Positions 37,922-52,229 of a stretch of DNA of 64,000 bases are shown one piece after another (position 1 is the stretch's first letter; each line of letters begins with the position of its first letter). The position numbers were made by a program, and so were the translations under genes. The notes below the pieces were generated by a model. It was given only the letters and a program-made list of their open reading frames with translations, had not been told where the DNA came from and did not search any database. This DNA comes from Lama guanicoe (lineage: Eukaryota), in assembly GCA_013239625.1 (NCBI GenBank), contig MU054323.1:3398161-3462160 (forward strand). The letters are read 5' to 3'.

Positions 37922-38809
37922 AAAGTTGTGGAGAAACGTCTGGGCTTTCTTGTTTCTAATCTAGTGGGGAAAATAAACCCAGAAGCAACTCTTAATATAA
38001 TCCAGTCTGTGGTAAGTTTGGTTAAAAAAAAAAAGAAGAAGAAGAAGAAAAAATAATTCTAATCAAATCACTGTTTCGATAAAATCAAATTATTAAATAA
38101 AGCGCAATAAAGCAATAGCATTACAATCATTATATTGAAGTTGCTGGTTTACTTGTCTGTATTCTCCACAACAATGCAAACTTGATGGTGGTAAGGATGA
38201 TTTTTTTTCAACAGTGTCTCTCCAGTCAAGAAGAGTCTGATATTAGGTATTTGACATTGGCTGAATAAGTTAGTAAGTAAAAAATCTGGTCAGATCCCCA
38301 AATTCTTAAATGGAGGCCAAGAAAACTGTACAAAGATAAGCAAAATAGGGATTAATTTCAGTATAAATTAAGCTTATTACTATTCTATTTAAAGAATACC
38401 CTGTCTGATCAGTTATCTGATCAGATATAAGACCCTTATCTGATCAATTTTAATTTAAAAATTAGTAATAAAATATTTTAAGAGTAAGTATTGAAGTAAA
38501 AAGTGTTTAATTTAGATTAAAAGTCAAAAGTCAAGTGAAAAATGCCAATATATTAACAACCAACCTCACCTTTCCCACCAAATCACCAAAGACTACATTA
38601 TATTTTGCTACAATTTTATGGAAATTCACAAAAATTCTCAACTTAGGGAACAGGAAAAGATTCTCTATTCAGAAAGACAGTACACAGAAATAAAACCACT
38701 CTTTGAGAAGCAGTGTGACATCCTGGAATGAACCAGGTAAACCTACGCTCAAAATTTTTGTTCCTTACTAACTTCATGACTAAAAGCAAGTTACTTAATT
38801 TGACAATGA

Positions 38810-39320
38810 AATTTTGTGTATGTGTGTGTAGTATGAAAGAGGAGTCAAAGTTCATTTCTCCCCACTTGGAAATTTAATTGCTCCAGCCCAACTTAGTTCT
38901 GAAAAGACCATCCTTTCCAAATATACCAGAGTGGCACCATGGCCACAAATCAGGTAATCAAAGGAGCAGGTCTATTTCTGGATCCTATATTCTACCAATC
39001 TATTTCTCTATTCCTGTGCTAATACCACAATTTTAGTTATGGTAGTTTTACAGTAAGTTTGACATCTGGCAAAGTTATTAAGTTCTCTAATTTTGTTTTT
39101 CAAGATTGTCTCAACTGTTCTTGGCTCTATTTTTCCATTTCCATTAAATAAATCGGCTTGTCAATTTCTTTAAGTTTGAAAAGTTCTTACTGAGAGTGTA
39201 ATAAGTCTATACAACAATTAGAAGACAGCTGGTATCTTTATAATATTCAGTCTTTCAAACCACAAACATGACATGTACTTACTTTCATTTATTTGCCTTC
39301 TTTAACTTTGGTCCGTGCTT
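38810..39320 (-). mobile_element. Ancient L1 ORF2-region fragment
   Basis: gaaaagaccatcctttcc...gtctatttctggatcctatattc...ttcaagattgtctcaactgttcttggc. Confidence 0.7.
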
Positions 39321-39544
39321 TATAGTTTACATACAGCCCTTCTTCCCACAGACTGATTCCTGGTTAAGGAAACAGTGTCATGCAAAAATATTCTCAACAT
39401 ATACTATATAATTCAGTTTTCAATGTCACCCATGAGACCCATGCTGCTTTCATTTTTAAAGGTTATTTGGATCTCTCATAAAGCATAGATCTCTCGTGAA
39501 GCACATCTGCCTACATTCTAAGAGTTATTTTTTAGATAAAAAAT

Positions 39545-39715
39545 TTCTGCTGTATAGCACAGGGAATTATGTTCAATATATTGCAATAATCGTTAATGAA
39601 AAAGAATATGAAAATGAATATATGTATATATATGCATGACTGGGACATTACGCTGTACACCAGAAACTGACACACTATAACTGATTATACTTCAATTAAA
39701 AAAATAAAATAATTT
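39545..39715 (+). mobile_element. Younger camelid/cetartiodactyl L1 3' end with A-tail
   Basis: ctgtatagcacagggaattatgttcaata...catgactgggacattacgctgtacaccagaaactgacacac...tatacttcaattaaaaaaa. Confidence 0.85.
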
Positions 39716-40084
39716 TTAAGGCACATGAAGACTTATCTGCTATCAGTAAGAAGGAAAAGGCAGAAATAACTGGGTGAGGAGATGAAATGCAAATGTAAAG
39801 GAAAGGTAGGCCAATGAATAGAAAGGAAAACAAAGAAATGATGGTAAATAATGATATACTGAATTAATAGTCAGCAAAATTAAAGACATAAAAGACTCCA
39901 AAAAGGGGGGAAGGGACGGAGGGAGGGACAGTGGATAGGAGGGAGGAAAGGCGGGCGCCAATTTGCAAAATACATATCAAGGGGAAAAGGCATTTAGAAA
40001 CATATACAATAAGAGACCAGGCTTTTCTATTTTCTCTCATCCCTTAAGATTTTTTTCAAAAATTTAAAAGACACAGTATTTTGA

Positions 40085-40149
40085 TGGAGGTACTGGGGAT
40101 TGAACCCATGACCTAGTGTATGCTAAGCATGCGTTCTACCACTTGAGCT
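40085..40149 (-). mobile_element. Truncated tRNA-Ala-derived SINE (Vic-1 type)
   Basis: Minus strand reads agctcaagtggtagaacgcatgcttagcatacactaggtcatgggttcaatccccagtacctcc, the same family as the copy at 56012. Confidence 0.8.
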
Positions 40150-42429
40150 GAAATATGCGATATTTTAAAGCAAACTTCAGGTCAATGGAAGGAAAGGAGG
40201 TAGGAAGTAAAAAATGTATTAGGGAGATGATGGGGGACAGATGAAAGGCTCATATAACATACTAGGGATCCAGGAATTATGAGTTAAAAATTAGTGTGAA
40301 CTGGAGTAACACCATATGTAAAGTATGAATTGTTTCAAGGTGTCTCTCCATCCGAGCGCCACTAGAAATTTTCAGTGGGATAATTCGTTTTTTACTATGA
40401 AAAGTTTATCATCTGGCTGCTGGGTACTTAAAGTCAACAGAATCCCCACAATCTTTGTGACAAACAAACTGTTGTCATACATTTCCAAATTATTCACCTC
40501 CTCATTCTAGGTATCTTAAACAACCACTCCAAGTAACTCTAACTTGCTGAACCACTGAATCGAATCATCAAGTATTTTCTAGTCTTAAATCTGAGATTAT
40601 CGTAACTGAATTAACTGGTGAAAACATTCTCAGTCATTAGAACCACAAAGTCACAGATGACGTTATTAAAGGATAATGAATAAAACATAAGGGCAAAAAA
40701 TTAATCATCGTGACCCCAAATCAGAATGAAGACTAATAAATTTCTATACAGAAATGAAATATAAATAATTCTTCCATAAGTAATCATTTTAGAATTTCGT
40801 CACAACATATTTCAAACTCATCAACAAATAAATGACTTTAGACACACTAAAGGGTTGAAGCAGTGCTTTCATTTATACCATGCAAACCTGCTAATTACTG
40901 TGTTGAGATCTGAATGCTGTTCTTACCTGCCTTATGAGTAATACATATTCTTACTTCATAGAGTAGATAATATATGTGGACTTTAAAAACGTCTAGATAA
41001 CAGCCTTTCTATAAATCTCACAATTGAGAAGGAAAGGAATCTAGAAGTCTAGTAATCTCATACACACATTTAAAAAAACACATAACCTATACCAGTGTGA
41101 GTTAGTTTCTGAAAGGCCGATTAGAACATTGTTACTGATATACTTCATAAAACTGTTCAGTTCATTACAGACTAGCATTAACAGAAAAGGCAAGGATAGT
41201 ATCAGGAGTGAGAACAGTGCTCTAGCCTCAGTTCTGTCTGGTTTGGGCAAGCCTCCTGGGCTCATGTGACCTTTATTCTTCTCACCTTTAATGAGCATAT
41301 CACCGCCAGTCTATGTTAGCAACTAGGATGAAATGAAATAATGAATATGAAGGTGCTATAAAATACTATCAAATGCTACTCAATTATAGGGAACTTACTA
41401 CTTAAAAGATAATGACATTTTCAATGAAAATCTCAAAATAATTTATATTGTTTTCTGCTTTAAGGACCATATAGAGACTCAGAAAAATTGCACATAGCCT
41501 TACAACCATTTTGGCCATGCTTGTTTTAATTTTTAAACATTTCATTCTAAGAGAAGCACATGACCAAATCTGCCAAAGGTCAGCAATTTCAACAGCTATA
41601 GCTATTAAACAGGAAAAATAATCCTAAAAGTGAGTATTACCCTGTCTACATTGCATGTAACATTTTCTACAATTAGGAGAGAGGATAGGTTATAAAATTT
41701 TTTAATCTACTGCAAATTAAAGTGCTATTGATTGCTGAATACATGATATTAATGACTCTTCAAAACTGGGTCACCTATGAATCAACTAAATCCACTGAGT
41801 TCAAAGCTTACATTAGACTTTTCAGCACCTCTTTAAGAAAAAGTAAAGCCAATTCAAAAATGAAGAGGTACAAGGGAAGAAGCCATTAGTCTGTCAAACT
41901 ATTAGTTTAATAAAAATGCAAAATACTGCTTTATACCTAAGAAGTTCTGTATCAATCTAATTACCATAAGCGTAAAGATTAGAGTAAATAAGAAGTCACT
42001 AACATATTTTAAGTTTACTCAAAGAAGAGAAAGAAATGAAACAAGGAAGGAAAGAACTAGTTAGACAGTTCCAGGTAGATGAATAAAATAATCCTAAACA
42101 TACTTAATATTCTTTCACACAGGGAGTGACGTATCTCAAAATAAGACACTGACTTCTAGCACAGAGAATCATAAAAACAAACAAACAAAAAACATCTTAC
42201 AACTACAGGTAGAAGATTTTTCCCCCATCTCTATAAATCAATAACATGAGAAAAAAATTCACTTAATAATCAATGCTGAACCTGAAGCCCAGAATTTGAC
42301 ATATAGCTGTTTCCATTTCAATATAAAAACCACTAATAAAGTCATTCTCTTTCCTTATTCTTTTCCACTTGTTACTCTGATCAGTATTTTAAGCACCACT
42401 TTTAAAAAAAATCCATCAATTTACAGGTA

Positions 42430-43165
42430 ACAATGAAGATTTAAAAACAAAAACAAAAAACTCCACGAGTCACCTTTAGAAGATGCTGGGGCATTAATCA
42501 ACTCACAAAGTTAGAAAAGAAAAGAAAAGAAATCAAGCATTATCCTGACTCCAATAGGAACTACATATCTCAGGGTAATCTCACAATTGATCAAAGTTCT
42601 TTTTCACAGAAATATTCCAGCTAATAAATGCAGAAGGAATGACAGAATTAGAGCATCACCATTCTGCAATTTCTGAAGAATTATTTAGGTGGTGACTGAA
42701 GGCTGCTAAGCTGTTAGGTGGATCTGGCTGACAACCTCACAATGGAAATAACCAGACACATGTTTTCTGATATAGTGCAACAGAAATATAGAACCATATC
42801 CTACCAAAAATAAAAAAGCAAACAACCAGATCAAACCCCTAAATTTAAATCCATTTTATAGGAAATTCAGCAAATAGAGAAGCATTTTAAATACCACCAT
42901 AGGGAAGCAATCAGGAAAGTCAGGAATATGGGATATTCAACAGGGCAAAATTTCTTCAACAAATAAATGGAAAGGGGTGGGGAAGAGGATGGGAAATGGT
43001 TCCATATTAAAAATATGTCTAACAAATGATGGACCTTATTTGGGCCCTGATTCAAACACAACTGTAAAAATGACATTTAAGTCAATTAGGGAAATTCCAG
43101 TACTGAGAAATTATAAAATTTGAAAGTTATGATAATGATATTGTAGCCGTAATTGTTTTTTTAAA
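42430..43165 (+). mobile_element. L1MC/MD-like 3'UTR fragment
   Basis: attccagctaataaatgcagaaggaatgacagaattagagcatcaccattctgca...ggaccttatttgggccctgattcaaac. Confidence 0.65.
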
Positions 43166-45602
43166 GATGACTATTTAATAAAATGAAACATCTTTGCTGG
43201 AAAGCCAGAAGCACACAATGTTGTTATTAATTTTTTCTGTGAATCAAGCAGCAAGCATGACCAAAGGCTGAGGTGGTTTAAAAAAAAAACAAAACACAAA
43301 ACTATCTGTTTCACCCAGTATTTTAAGAATGCAGATATCCAGACTGATCAATAACTATAATGGTTACTTGTCCTAAAAATCTCGTAAGAAAATAACCTGG
43401 AACTAATGAATTCCAATGAATTCTAGTAAAACTGAGAATTTATCTCTATTTTATGGTATATTCTTAATAAGTGAGCTGAGAAAAATTATTTTTAAATGGC
43501 TACACAAATTCATTTTCATAGGTATTATAAATCAGCAGCCCTGATAACTTGATTCATGAAGAAATCCTCTGCAAGGATATACAATTTAAAATATTTTTTT
43601 TAGACCAGAGAGCATGTAAGTCTTGCATTGTAATTCAATTATATGATAGCGAAGCAGAGGTAATTTTCATGAATACTACACAAAGAGGAAATTTATAAAA
43701 TCTACTGAATTATTTTCAATTTGACAGGGTCTATTCCTTGTTAACATTCCCAGTCATACTACCACTAAAGCTAAAAGAAATGGGGATCACAAAAGAAAAA
43801 AATTTACTGATAATTTCAATCAGAGAAGTATTAAAATATCAGATTTCAAGCTGAATCTAAACTGAGGAATTTAATTATGGGTACCAAAGTATCAGGCTAT
43901 ATAATGTAGAACTGCTGATCTACGTGATGATTACTTCTCGTAACTGACTAGAATTCCTTCTATAAGCATCTATATGCTGGATTCTTTATAGTCTAAAGAA
44001 AAATGTCTAGATTGCTGTTTAATTAGAGACATCTAAAAAGTCACTTTTAATCCAATTTCTAAGCAAGCTGTGCAGAGTAATTAATGCCATTTATAGAGGC
44101 AATGAAGTACAACATAAGCAGTAACAGCTGACAGAAATCTGATCTGAAACTTACCTATGAAAAAAATGACAGGACATGACAAATATAACCTTAACAAATA
44201 AAACACAAAACTATTATGAAAGGTCTACTCTTAGGTTTGTTCTGTTACAATTTTTTGTGTCTATTTCAAAGTCTCAAAGGCATGTTTTATAGAGGGGTGG
44301 TAGGAATGGGTCTGAACAGAAATAATAGAAATCAGGAATTGAGTAGCTTCTGTGACTAAGATGATAAATAAAAGAAAGTAGTAGGCTAGAAACTGTTGTG
44401 TTTATACAAATAGTGCTGCAAAGTGGATCTTAGGACCTCACCCAAATAAATGAATTGGCTGTATATATTCAACATCCCCAAAAGAGTACAGGCCCAGAAT
44501 TTTGGGGGGGAGGGAGAACCAGACTTTAATAAAGAAATCTAGCCCACTTTGTAACAACATAAATCTAAATGATGATCACTGTAAAAGATATCTTTGTTAA
44601 ATGGGCATTATTATTACTGAGCTTTAGGAATAAACAGCTATACCTTTATGATGGGGGGGGTCACACATAATCACTAACTTATAATATACCTGCTTACAGA
44701 AGCAATACTGTTTTTAAAATCACAAGCTGATTCAATTTTTCCAAGCATATAAAAATCAGCAATAGAATCCCTCAATTTTAGTGGAAATGACTAGAAACAC
44801 AAAAACTGAAAATTTAAATTTTAATAAAATACTTTCTTTGGAGTCAGGGATTCATACACAGCCTCTGATATCCAAAAACCCTTTAAAATATACTGTTAAC
44901 TACATGGATAAATACTTTCTGCAGTGGGAAAATGGTAACCACCAATTCAATAATCTTGGGGTGGGGGTAATTTTAATATACAGATATAAATCAAAGTTCT
45001 AAATGTTCCAACTTTGAGGGTACAATAAGCCTAGAACACTTTTTTCTTAAACAACATATCCAAAGGTAAGAGAAGTAAATGGACCAGACCCATACATAAT
45101 AAGATTCTCTAACTCACAAACATACTCAATTCATATAATCCTGACATAACCCTTTGGAAAAATGGCCAGGCATTCAATGGCCAAAGCAAAAACCATTGTA
45201 CTAAACTAAATTATTTAAAGTTCAATAACTAAGTGACTAATGTTTTTCTTTTGGTGTGCAAAAACTTTTGATTGTGAAATTTTCTTCACTATCACATATA
45301 AATAATTGACTCTTCAGATGATCTAAAACACACAAATCAAAAGCACAGACAAGAAAAAACACACCACTGTATTTCATAAAAGGAACATAAGATACAAAGG
45401 GGTCTTTACCTTTTTGTACATTAGACCCTCACTTTGAATTTTCACAAAAGTAAAACTTTTTCAAAAGGCTAATATCTAAAAGCAAAAGCAATTTGGCATG
45501 TTTTATCCAACATTAAATATTTTACACATATTATAAAACACACACACAAACACACTTACATGTATACATACAAATAAAAAGGGTTTTGGTTTTTTTTTTT
45601 AC

Positions 45603-45839
45603 CTAAATGCAAACTGGATGAGGATCCATGTGATGAAAGTGATGGCGGTGGCGTAAGTGAATGTCCTGGAGTTTGGCTTGGCAGAGGCATGCCTATTGGA
45701 CTTGGAGAGGAGGAAAATCCCAGACTATTGTAAAATGGTTGCCCTATGGGTGCTAGGCTGCTACTAGATCTTTTGTACAAGTCAGAGCTAGTAGATAGAG
45801 ACTCTCTCCTTGTGGCACTACTACTTGCAGAACTGCCAA
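45603..45839 (-). CDS. PUM2: PUM2 237-nt Ser-rich symmetric (phase 1-1) exon ([15 protein letters not shown]...[10 protein letters not shown]), probably a cassette exon
   Basis: ttcttcag|TT acceptor, TAG|gtaaaa donor; frame matches neighbours. Confidence 0.95.
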
Positions 45840-48800
45840 CTGAAGAAGAAATAAAAAAAACCCTAATTACATACAGTGTTAACTGAATAAAACCTATCCC
45901 CAACTCTTGCTGGGAAATAACAGAAGTGATCACAATAATTATTTTTAGAAACATTATAAAGAAGATAATTACTGTGATAACTATATATACTAACTTATTA
46001 ATCATAAAAGGGTATAAATGCACCCCAATAAAGTAACCAAATACTTAACAGAGCAGTCATATGTTCATTATTTCACACATATTTACCACTGACGCATATG
46101 ATTATTGTGCTTTAATACCCTGGTATGATTTATAAACCCTGAAATTGTAAGTTGTCTGCTAGGATATGCTAGAGATTAAATTTCAATCAGGTTAAATTTT
46201 GCTACTGCCCTAATCTCTGGAACCAGGTTCTTATACTTCAACTCAATGCCAAGAAAAGATTATACTGATAAATAGAATATTAATACATTTCCCTCACCAT
46301 TCACATTTGATTTGGCTTCCAGCTTGTGTTCAAACCAAAGTCCTTTATGTCCATATTGGCCCGAATATTAGTCAGTTGTGAAATACAGATGGCAGCTTTT
46401 ACTCCTTGGTAGTTTTCACACTACAAATTCTCCCTATCTTTCAACAACTAAATTACAAAATACGTATGAAAACATAAAACTTCCTCTTAGAAAATTAATG
46501 GTTCTCATTACCATTATCACACTACAGATATGTATTCACTTACCCTTCAGGATCTCCTATTTCTAAGATTCTACTACTGGCCTCAGGAGCCCCTTACTTC
46601 AGGTAAAGACTGATCAGTTTTTTTTTCTTATAGGGCATATAATTATCTTACATCCCTTACTGTACCTTCTTTTTCCTTTGTACTCCACAAAATCATAAAA
46701 AAATGGTCAATTCACATTACCATGTAGCGATGCATGCTCATAAGAGCAACCCGAGATATGGTTGTTAATCAACATATATTTGGGTAATCAAATTCTTTAC
46801 CAAGTATTTATTTTAAAAAGGGCTGTTCAAAACTTCCAATTCATTAAGTCTCACTTAAAGCCCATGTTTTCAAGTATGCTCTTTATTGTTTCTAAGCCTT
46901 TTTAAACTGAAGTCTTTTTACATCTAAGGTCATTTCATATTACATTTCTTAAACTTTTTCAAGTTTTTTAAGGGTAAGCTCTATATTCGGACCAATATGG
47001 TAATTCTTTTCAAGATAAATTTTAAAGTTTCTATTAGGTCTTGGTTTTCTAATTGCAAGTCAGTTATATCAACAGGTCATAAGGGTACAGATTAAAGAGA
47101 AAAATTAAGTAGAGCACATGATGGGTAGACCAAGTTAAGCTTCTAATATGGATAAGAGACTTAATTACATTGGTTTTTACCAAATCCAAAATTCTATAAA
47201 GGAAAAATATCAGGTTCACACTACTGTAAGTAAGCAAAATGTTATATAAACACTATTCAACCTTTTAAATCAGTCAGTGTGGTTTCTGAAAAACTGATCA
47301 TGTTTTATTAAATTTTTACTTTTTAAGGTATCATGTTATAGGGAAATACTAAGTAACTATATGCATTATTTAAGCAAAAAATAAAATAAGCACTATAGTA
47401 AGAAATCACTCTTCTTAAGTTTGTTTTGGCAAAATTGTCAATGTATGCTACATTAACTATGCTAATTTAAAAGGACACTGTCAAAGTGATTTTTCTAAAA
47501 CATGGCTACATTTTAAATTCCTATTTATTTAAGAAAACAATTTAACTGGCAATGAAAAGGACAACAGCTCTCTAATGAGAGAAGCAGTATTATCATTCCC
47601 CTTTGGCAAATAACCAAAGAAACCATAGTTTTGACACATGCAATATCATTTTCCTCTAGAAAGGGAAAGCCAAGCCAAACATTTACAAGTAACTCAGAAA
47701 TAGCTTTACTTTAAACATAAACAAGCTGGCTCCTTAAATTATACTATAACGCCTAAATTATCTGCAACAGTATGACTATGAAATAGAAAATGAAGCATAT
47801 CTAAAACATCTAAGAGGCTAGACAGGCAATGGAGTCACTAATCATTTATCAACTGTGTATGAAATGTTAAATTACCAACTTTCAATTGTAACAGAACATT
47901 CTATATAATGGGTCATAGGATGATTTAATTACTATGTTACTATGTCTGGCAAACTGCATTATATAAGCTGGGGTGTTTAACACTGTTAAGCATGAATAAT
48001 TTCATCATATAGGTAAAAGAATGACTATATATGTTTTGTGTGTGCACATAAACATATTATATTTTAGATTTCATTTAGGTATGGAATTGCTGTAATATGA
48101 AACTGCAATGGGTGGACTTGTACGAGTACGTAAGTGTAGCACTTGAATGAACTCTCATGAAATGTCCAAGAGGAGGGAGATGATAAATTATTTACTGTTT
48201 TTAGGAGTGGCCATCATTAATGTCCTCTGAAGCAAGGTAAAACAGAGGTACCCCAGACTGGAAATCAGAATGGAGTAAGCAATGCTTATAAACAAAAGAG
48301 GAATGAAGATGATCAGTTTTTGGGAAAGAGGCATTTTGCAGGGGACGACTGTAGAGAACAAAATGCTCATGGCCAACCAGTTCCTGAATGCAGGGGGAAG
48401 GGTCTCAACAACTAAGAGACAAATGTGAATTTGGAAGAACCGGATAAGGCAAAGGGGGGGTGTGGCGGGCAGGCTTCAAATCTATACCAGACCGTCAGTG
48501 ACATTTTTATTAGAAAAGGGAACAAAGATTTTATCAAATCTCTTCTCTACTTTTCCTGGATTATTTAGGGCCTACAATTTACTACTTAGAAATTAGTTAT
48601 TTCTACAAAGCTTTTTTTTTTTTTTAAAAAGTTGTATGTTCTTTTATCTTTCTTCAGCAATTTAGGATTATATGGGGAAATTGCTTGTCAGTTGTCAGAA
48701 ACAAAAAATGAGTTTATGGGAGTGTTTGGGCTGGAGATTAAAATACTAAACTCCAAAAGGAATGAAAAACTCAAACAGGAAGACTGAAAGACTGAATAGT

Positions 48801-49988
48801 CTCCATGTTCACTAGAAGTTCCTGTGCCTATTCTTTAGGTAATTTTTTGTTAGACAAACATGGTATCACCCTATTATATTTCATGATAACAAAAAAGCAT
48901 TCTGAACCTAAGTTTACAGCTGTTTTAGATCATCTCTTTTATAAATACGAATATTAAAAAATGTTCAGGAGGTATTTCCTTAGAAAATTGGCAAATATAG
49001 TTAATAAAGATTGGTATGTGTTAGTTTTGCCATTTTTCACACCAGACAAGAATATAATTTAATGTGGTGGGGAAACAGATAAAGGAGTAGGTTTTAAGAC
49101 TCTAAATGCTAGATAAATTTTAAAAAGCCTCTTGAGGTCTGAATAAATGGCCCCGCCCCTCATAAAGAAAAGGCTGTCAATTGTACCAAGAGAACTAGGG
49201 TAAGCTGTTTTTTCCCAGATGTTTCCTGAATACTCTGGAAACTTGAGACTGGTAATACAATGTGTGTCAACAGGGTGACAATGTGGGCCTCTTCTGATTC
49301 AGTTCTTCCTCAGCTACAAAACTGGTTTTTGTGGGTAAATTATTTTGTGAAGCTATTTAAAATTTGCATTTCTTAAGTATTATATATGAAACTAGGATAT
49401 GAGGGAGGAGTCTTTTAAATGAATTTTTAGTGATAAAGGCTAAGCTGTTTAATCTAAAATAAAGAGAAGCATACTAATAGTTTCTTAGGGGCTTCTATTT
49501 AGAACATTCCATTATATTTCACTTTTACATATTATACCAAATAAAGACTATAAACAACCACTAGCATTTAATAAGAATAAATCATCTGATGAGCACACAA
49601 AGATAACTGGTATTTTAAAACACCATTAACTTAAGATAGCAAAATATTTACTTCCTCAGACATTAATATTACACAGGAGAAAAGGAAGCGCTAGTAAATA
49701 GAATATACTGTCCCAAACAAACCTTACTAAAACAAATTACAGTAATGTAATTCTTAAAGCCAGGGGGAAATTTATTATATCTGAGTAAAGGGCTGCTTGA
49801 AATGAGTTAAACATTCATAAATGTTGCAGGGGGGGTAGTTTTCTTCTACAAAATTAAATCAATAAAACGGCACCTTATTCCTGTCCTTTCTACACTACAA
49901 GCTATTATTGCTTATCTTAATATGAAAACCAAATACATATACCTCATGTCCATTTAGCAGAGTACACTCATCTTAAAAAGAAACTTAC

Positions 49989-50276
49989 CTGATGAACCGA
50001 ATCCACTGAGGGCGGAGCCTATAGCAGCACCCAAAGAGCTGCTGCTTCCAAAGCCAAGAGATGTACTTCCAGGTTGCCCGGGTCCGTGAGAAAATAAAGA
50101 ACTGCTCTGGGAGCTATTAGTCAAAGAAGTGCTCCCATAAAATGAATTAGACTGTAGATTAGTGCTTGGCTGCTGCTGCTGCTGCTGCGGTGGTGGCTGA
50201 GTGCCAATTGGCCGGAATAGACCATTTGTGCTGCCTGTGAGACTATTTGCAGTTCCTCCAGCTGCTGCTGCCGCTG
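49989..50276 (-). CDS. PUM2: PUM2 coding exon ([38 protein letters not shown]...ALSGFGSS)
   Basis: ttttacag|CAG acceptor (NAGNAG), CAG|gtaagt donor, 288 nt. Confidence 0.95.
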
Positions 50277-50392
50277 CTGTAAAATAAATTTCAGACACTT
50301 CTTAAAACTACCCAGAAACCCATTTTCTATTTTTAAAATATCTCAAACACCACCAGAAAAACATTATCCCTGAAAACATCAGTTATACTTAC

Positions 50393-50536
50393 CAGCTTGT
50401 GCTGCTGCTGAACTAATTAAAACAGGTGTTGGAGCCATTAATCGAACTGGAGCTCCGAGGCCAGTTCTTGCTCCAGGGCCAACCACTAAGGCACCAGTCT
50501 GATCATAATAGGCAGTTGGAGCTAGTACTTGATAGC
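50393..50536 (-). CDS. PUM2: PUM2 coding exon ([48 protein letters not shown])
   Basis: atctag|GC acceptor, CTG|gtaagt donor, 144 nt. Confidence 0.96.
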
Positions 50537-51589
50537 CTAGATAATATTAAAATAATGCTCACAATGAAAACATTTACTATAGAAAACATGTATTTATTCC
50601 CCCCCATTTGTGTTTTTAATCAACCAGAAAACACAGCTATTTAAACTTTTAATATAATATCCTTAAATAGTTACCATATAAAAAGCAAACACATCTGAGA
50701 AGGTATTACTAAATATACGAAAATGCAATAGAGCATAAGTAAATTTTTTTCTGTAAATTTTAACAGAGATGCCTTTTGCTTATAGACCACAAAATAATGA
50801 GGTATATTCCTTGATACAGAAACTACAGGCAATCAAGGGCTGATAGCTGAAAATTATTACCAATTAGTCAGTTCTCCTTGGAGGAGAATGAATAGAAAGA
50901 CTTGGGGAAGTGAGGAAGAACACTAAGATTTATGATGCAATTGTAGTAAATTTCTAAACCAAGTGCCTCATTACCAACATTCCCTCAGATTTGCATTTGT
51001 AAGCATCTCTTTAAAAACTTAAATCATGATATAAACAGATATCTTAAAACTATAAGGTAACAGTCAATTTGTAAAGGTTCTTAAACTAGAATTTGAATAA
51101 AATCATGTAGGCATTAGTTTTCTAACAGCCTTGAGCATAAGGCAGGTGACAATTTGCATTATTCAGAACTGCAGAAGTGACGTTTACCTCTTAGTAGCCT
51201 TTCTCAGTAGGAATTCCTCATCTGAACCACAGAACAGAAAATGACCATTTTGAACAGAAAACTGACTATTTTGCCAGTTTTCTCAAGGATGTTCCTAACA
51301 AGAACCACTCTAGATGCATGGGAGAACAGTTAACTATACAGTGGACACCATAGGGCAACAGGCTTATTCTCTCCCAGAACTCAGGCTGAGAAAGGCTGTC
51401 TTAGTAACAAGGACTCAGCCTCAAAAATCTGATGACTATTTGCAAATATGTACTGGCACCCTCAAATACTTTAAAGTTTAAACTCTATCTTTACCACCAA
51501 GACCAAAACTTTCACCTGCAGTTATTTTAATTAAATGCAGCAATTCTCTTTCACAATTACAGTTTTATTATAATGGATATGAATTAGAA

Positions 51590-52160
51590 GGACCAGCCAT
51601 GTTGAGATTTTAAGCCCTCACCTCGTGGAAAGAACATGATAAATTTCAGAAGATTATTAGATATCTGACTATAAATGTCCAATAGGATATACAAGTCTAG
51701 AATTTAGGAGAGAAGTCCAGGCTAGAGTTATAAATCTGAGAGGTCAACATAAGGATAGCATAAACTAAAAAGGATTAAACCACCAAGAAAATAAAAAAAA
51801 GGGGCCTAGGGACTGAGGGTATTTCACATAAAGAGGCTGAAGAGATGAGGAACCAGGGAAGAGACTGAGAGGGAATAGCCAGCAAGGAAGAAAGAAAATG
51901 GAACAATGTGGTCTGCTGAAGGCCGAACAAAAAAGAATTTGAACGAAGACTGTTCAACTATGTCAAATGTTGCCAAGAGCCATTAAGAGCTGAGAACTTG
52001 ATCAATGGACTAAGCAACATGGAAGTCATTCTGGTAAGGATGAAAACCAAACTTTGGTGAGTTCAGTAAAGAATGGAAGAACCACAAACAAGTACAGAAA
52101 TACTTTTGAAGAGTTCTGCTGTAAAAAAGACTGGAAGGGAACTAGAGAAAGGGGGCTGAG
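51590..52160 (-). mobile_element. L2 fragment
   Basis: Purine-rich L2-like text: caagtctagaatttaggagagaagtccaggctagag...ggacttaagcaacatggaagtcatt. Confidence 0.6.
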
Positions 52161-52229
52161 AGTAATTTTTTTCTTAACCAGAAAATGTAGTTCATTAGCA
52201 CAGCATGATACTTACGTGCTTAAAAATTT

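Noticed and set aside
45840..46023. Hydrophobic N-terminal part of ORF 45556-46023 suggesting a membrane-anchored PUM2 isoform
   Set aside because: It is T-rich intron and polypyrimidine tract read in frame with the exon; no promoter or other support is visible.
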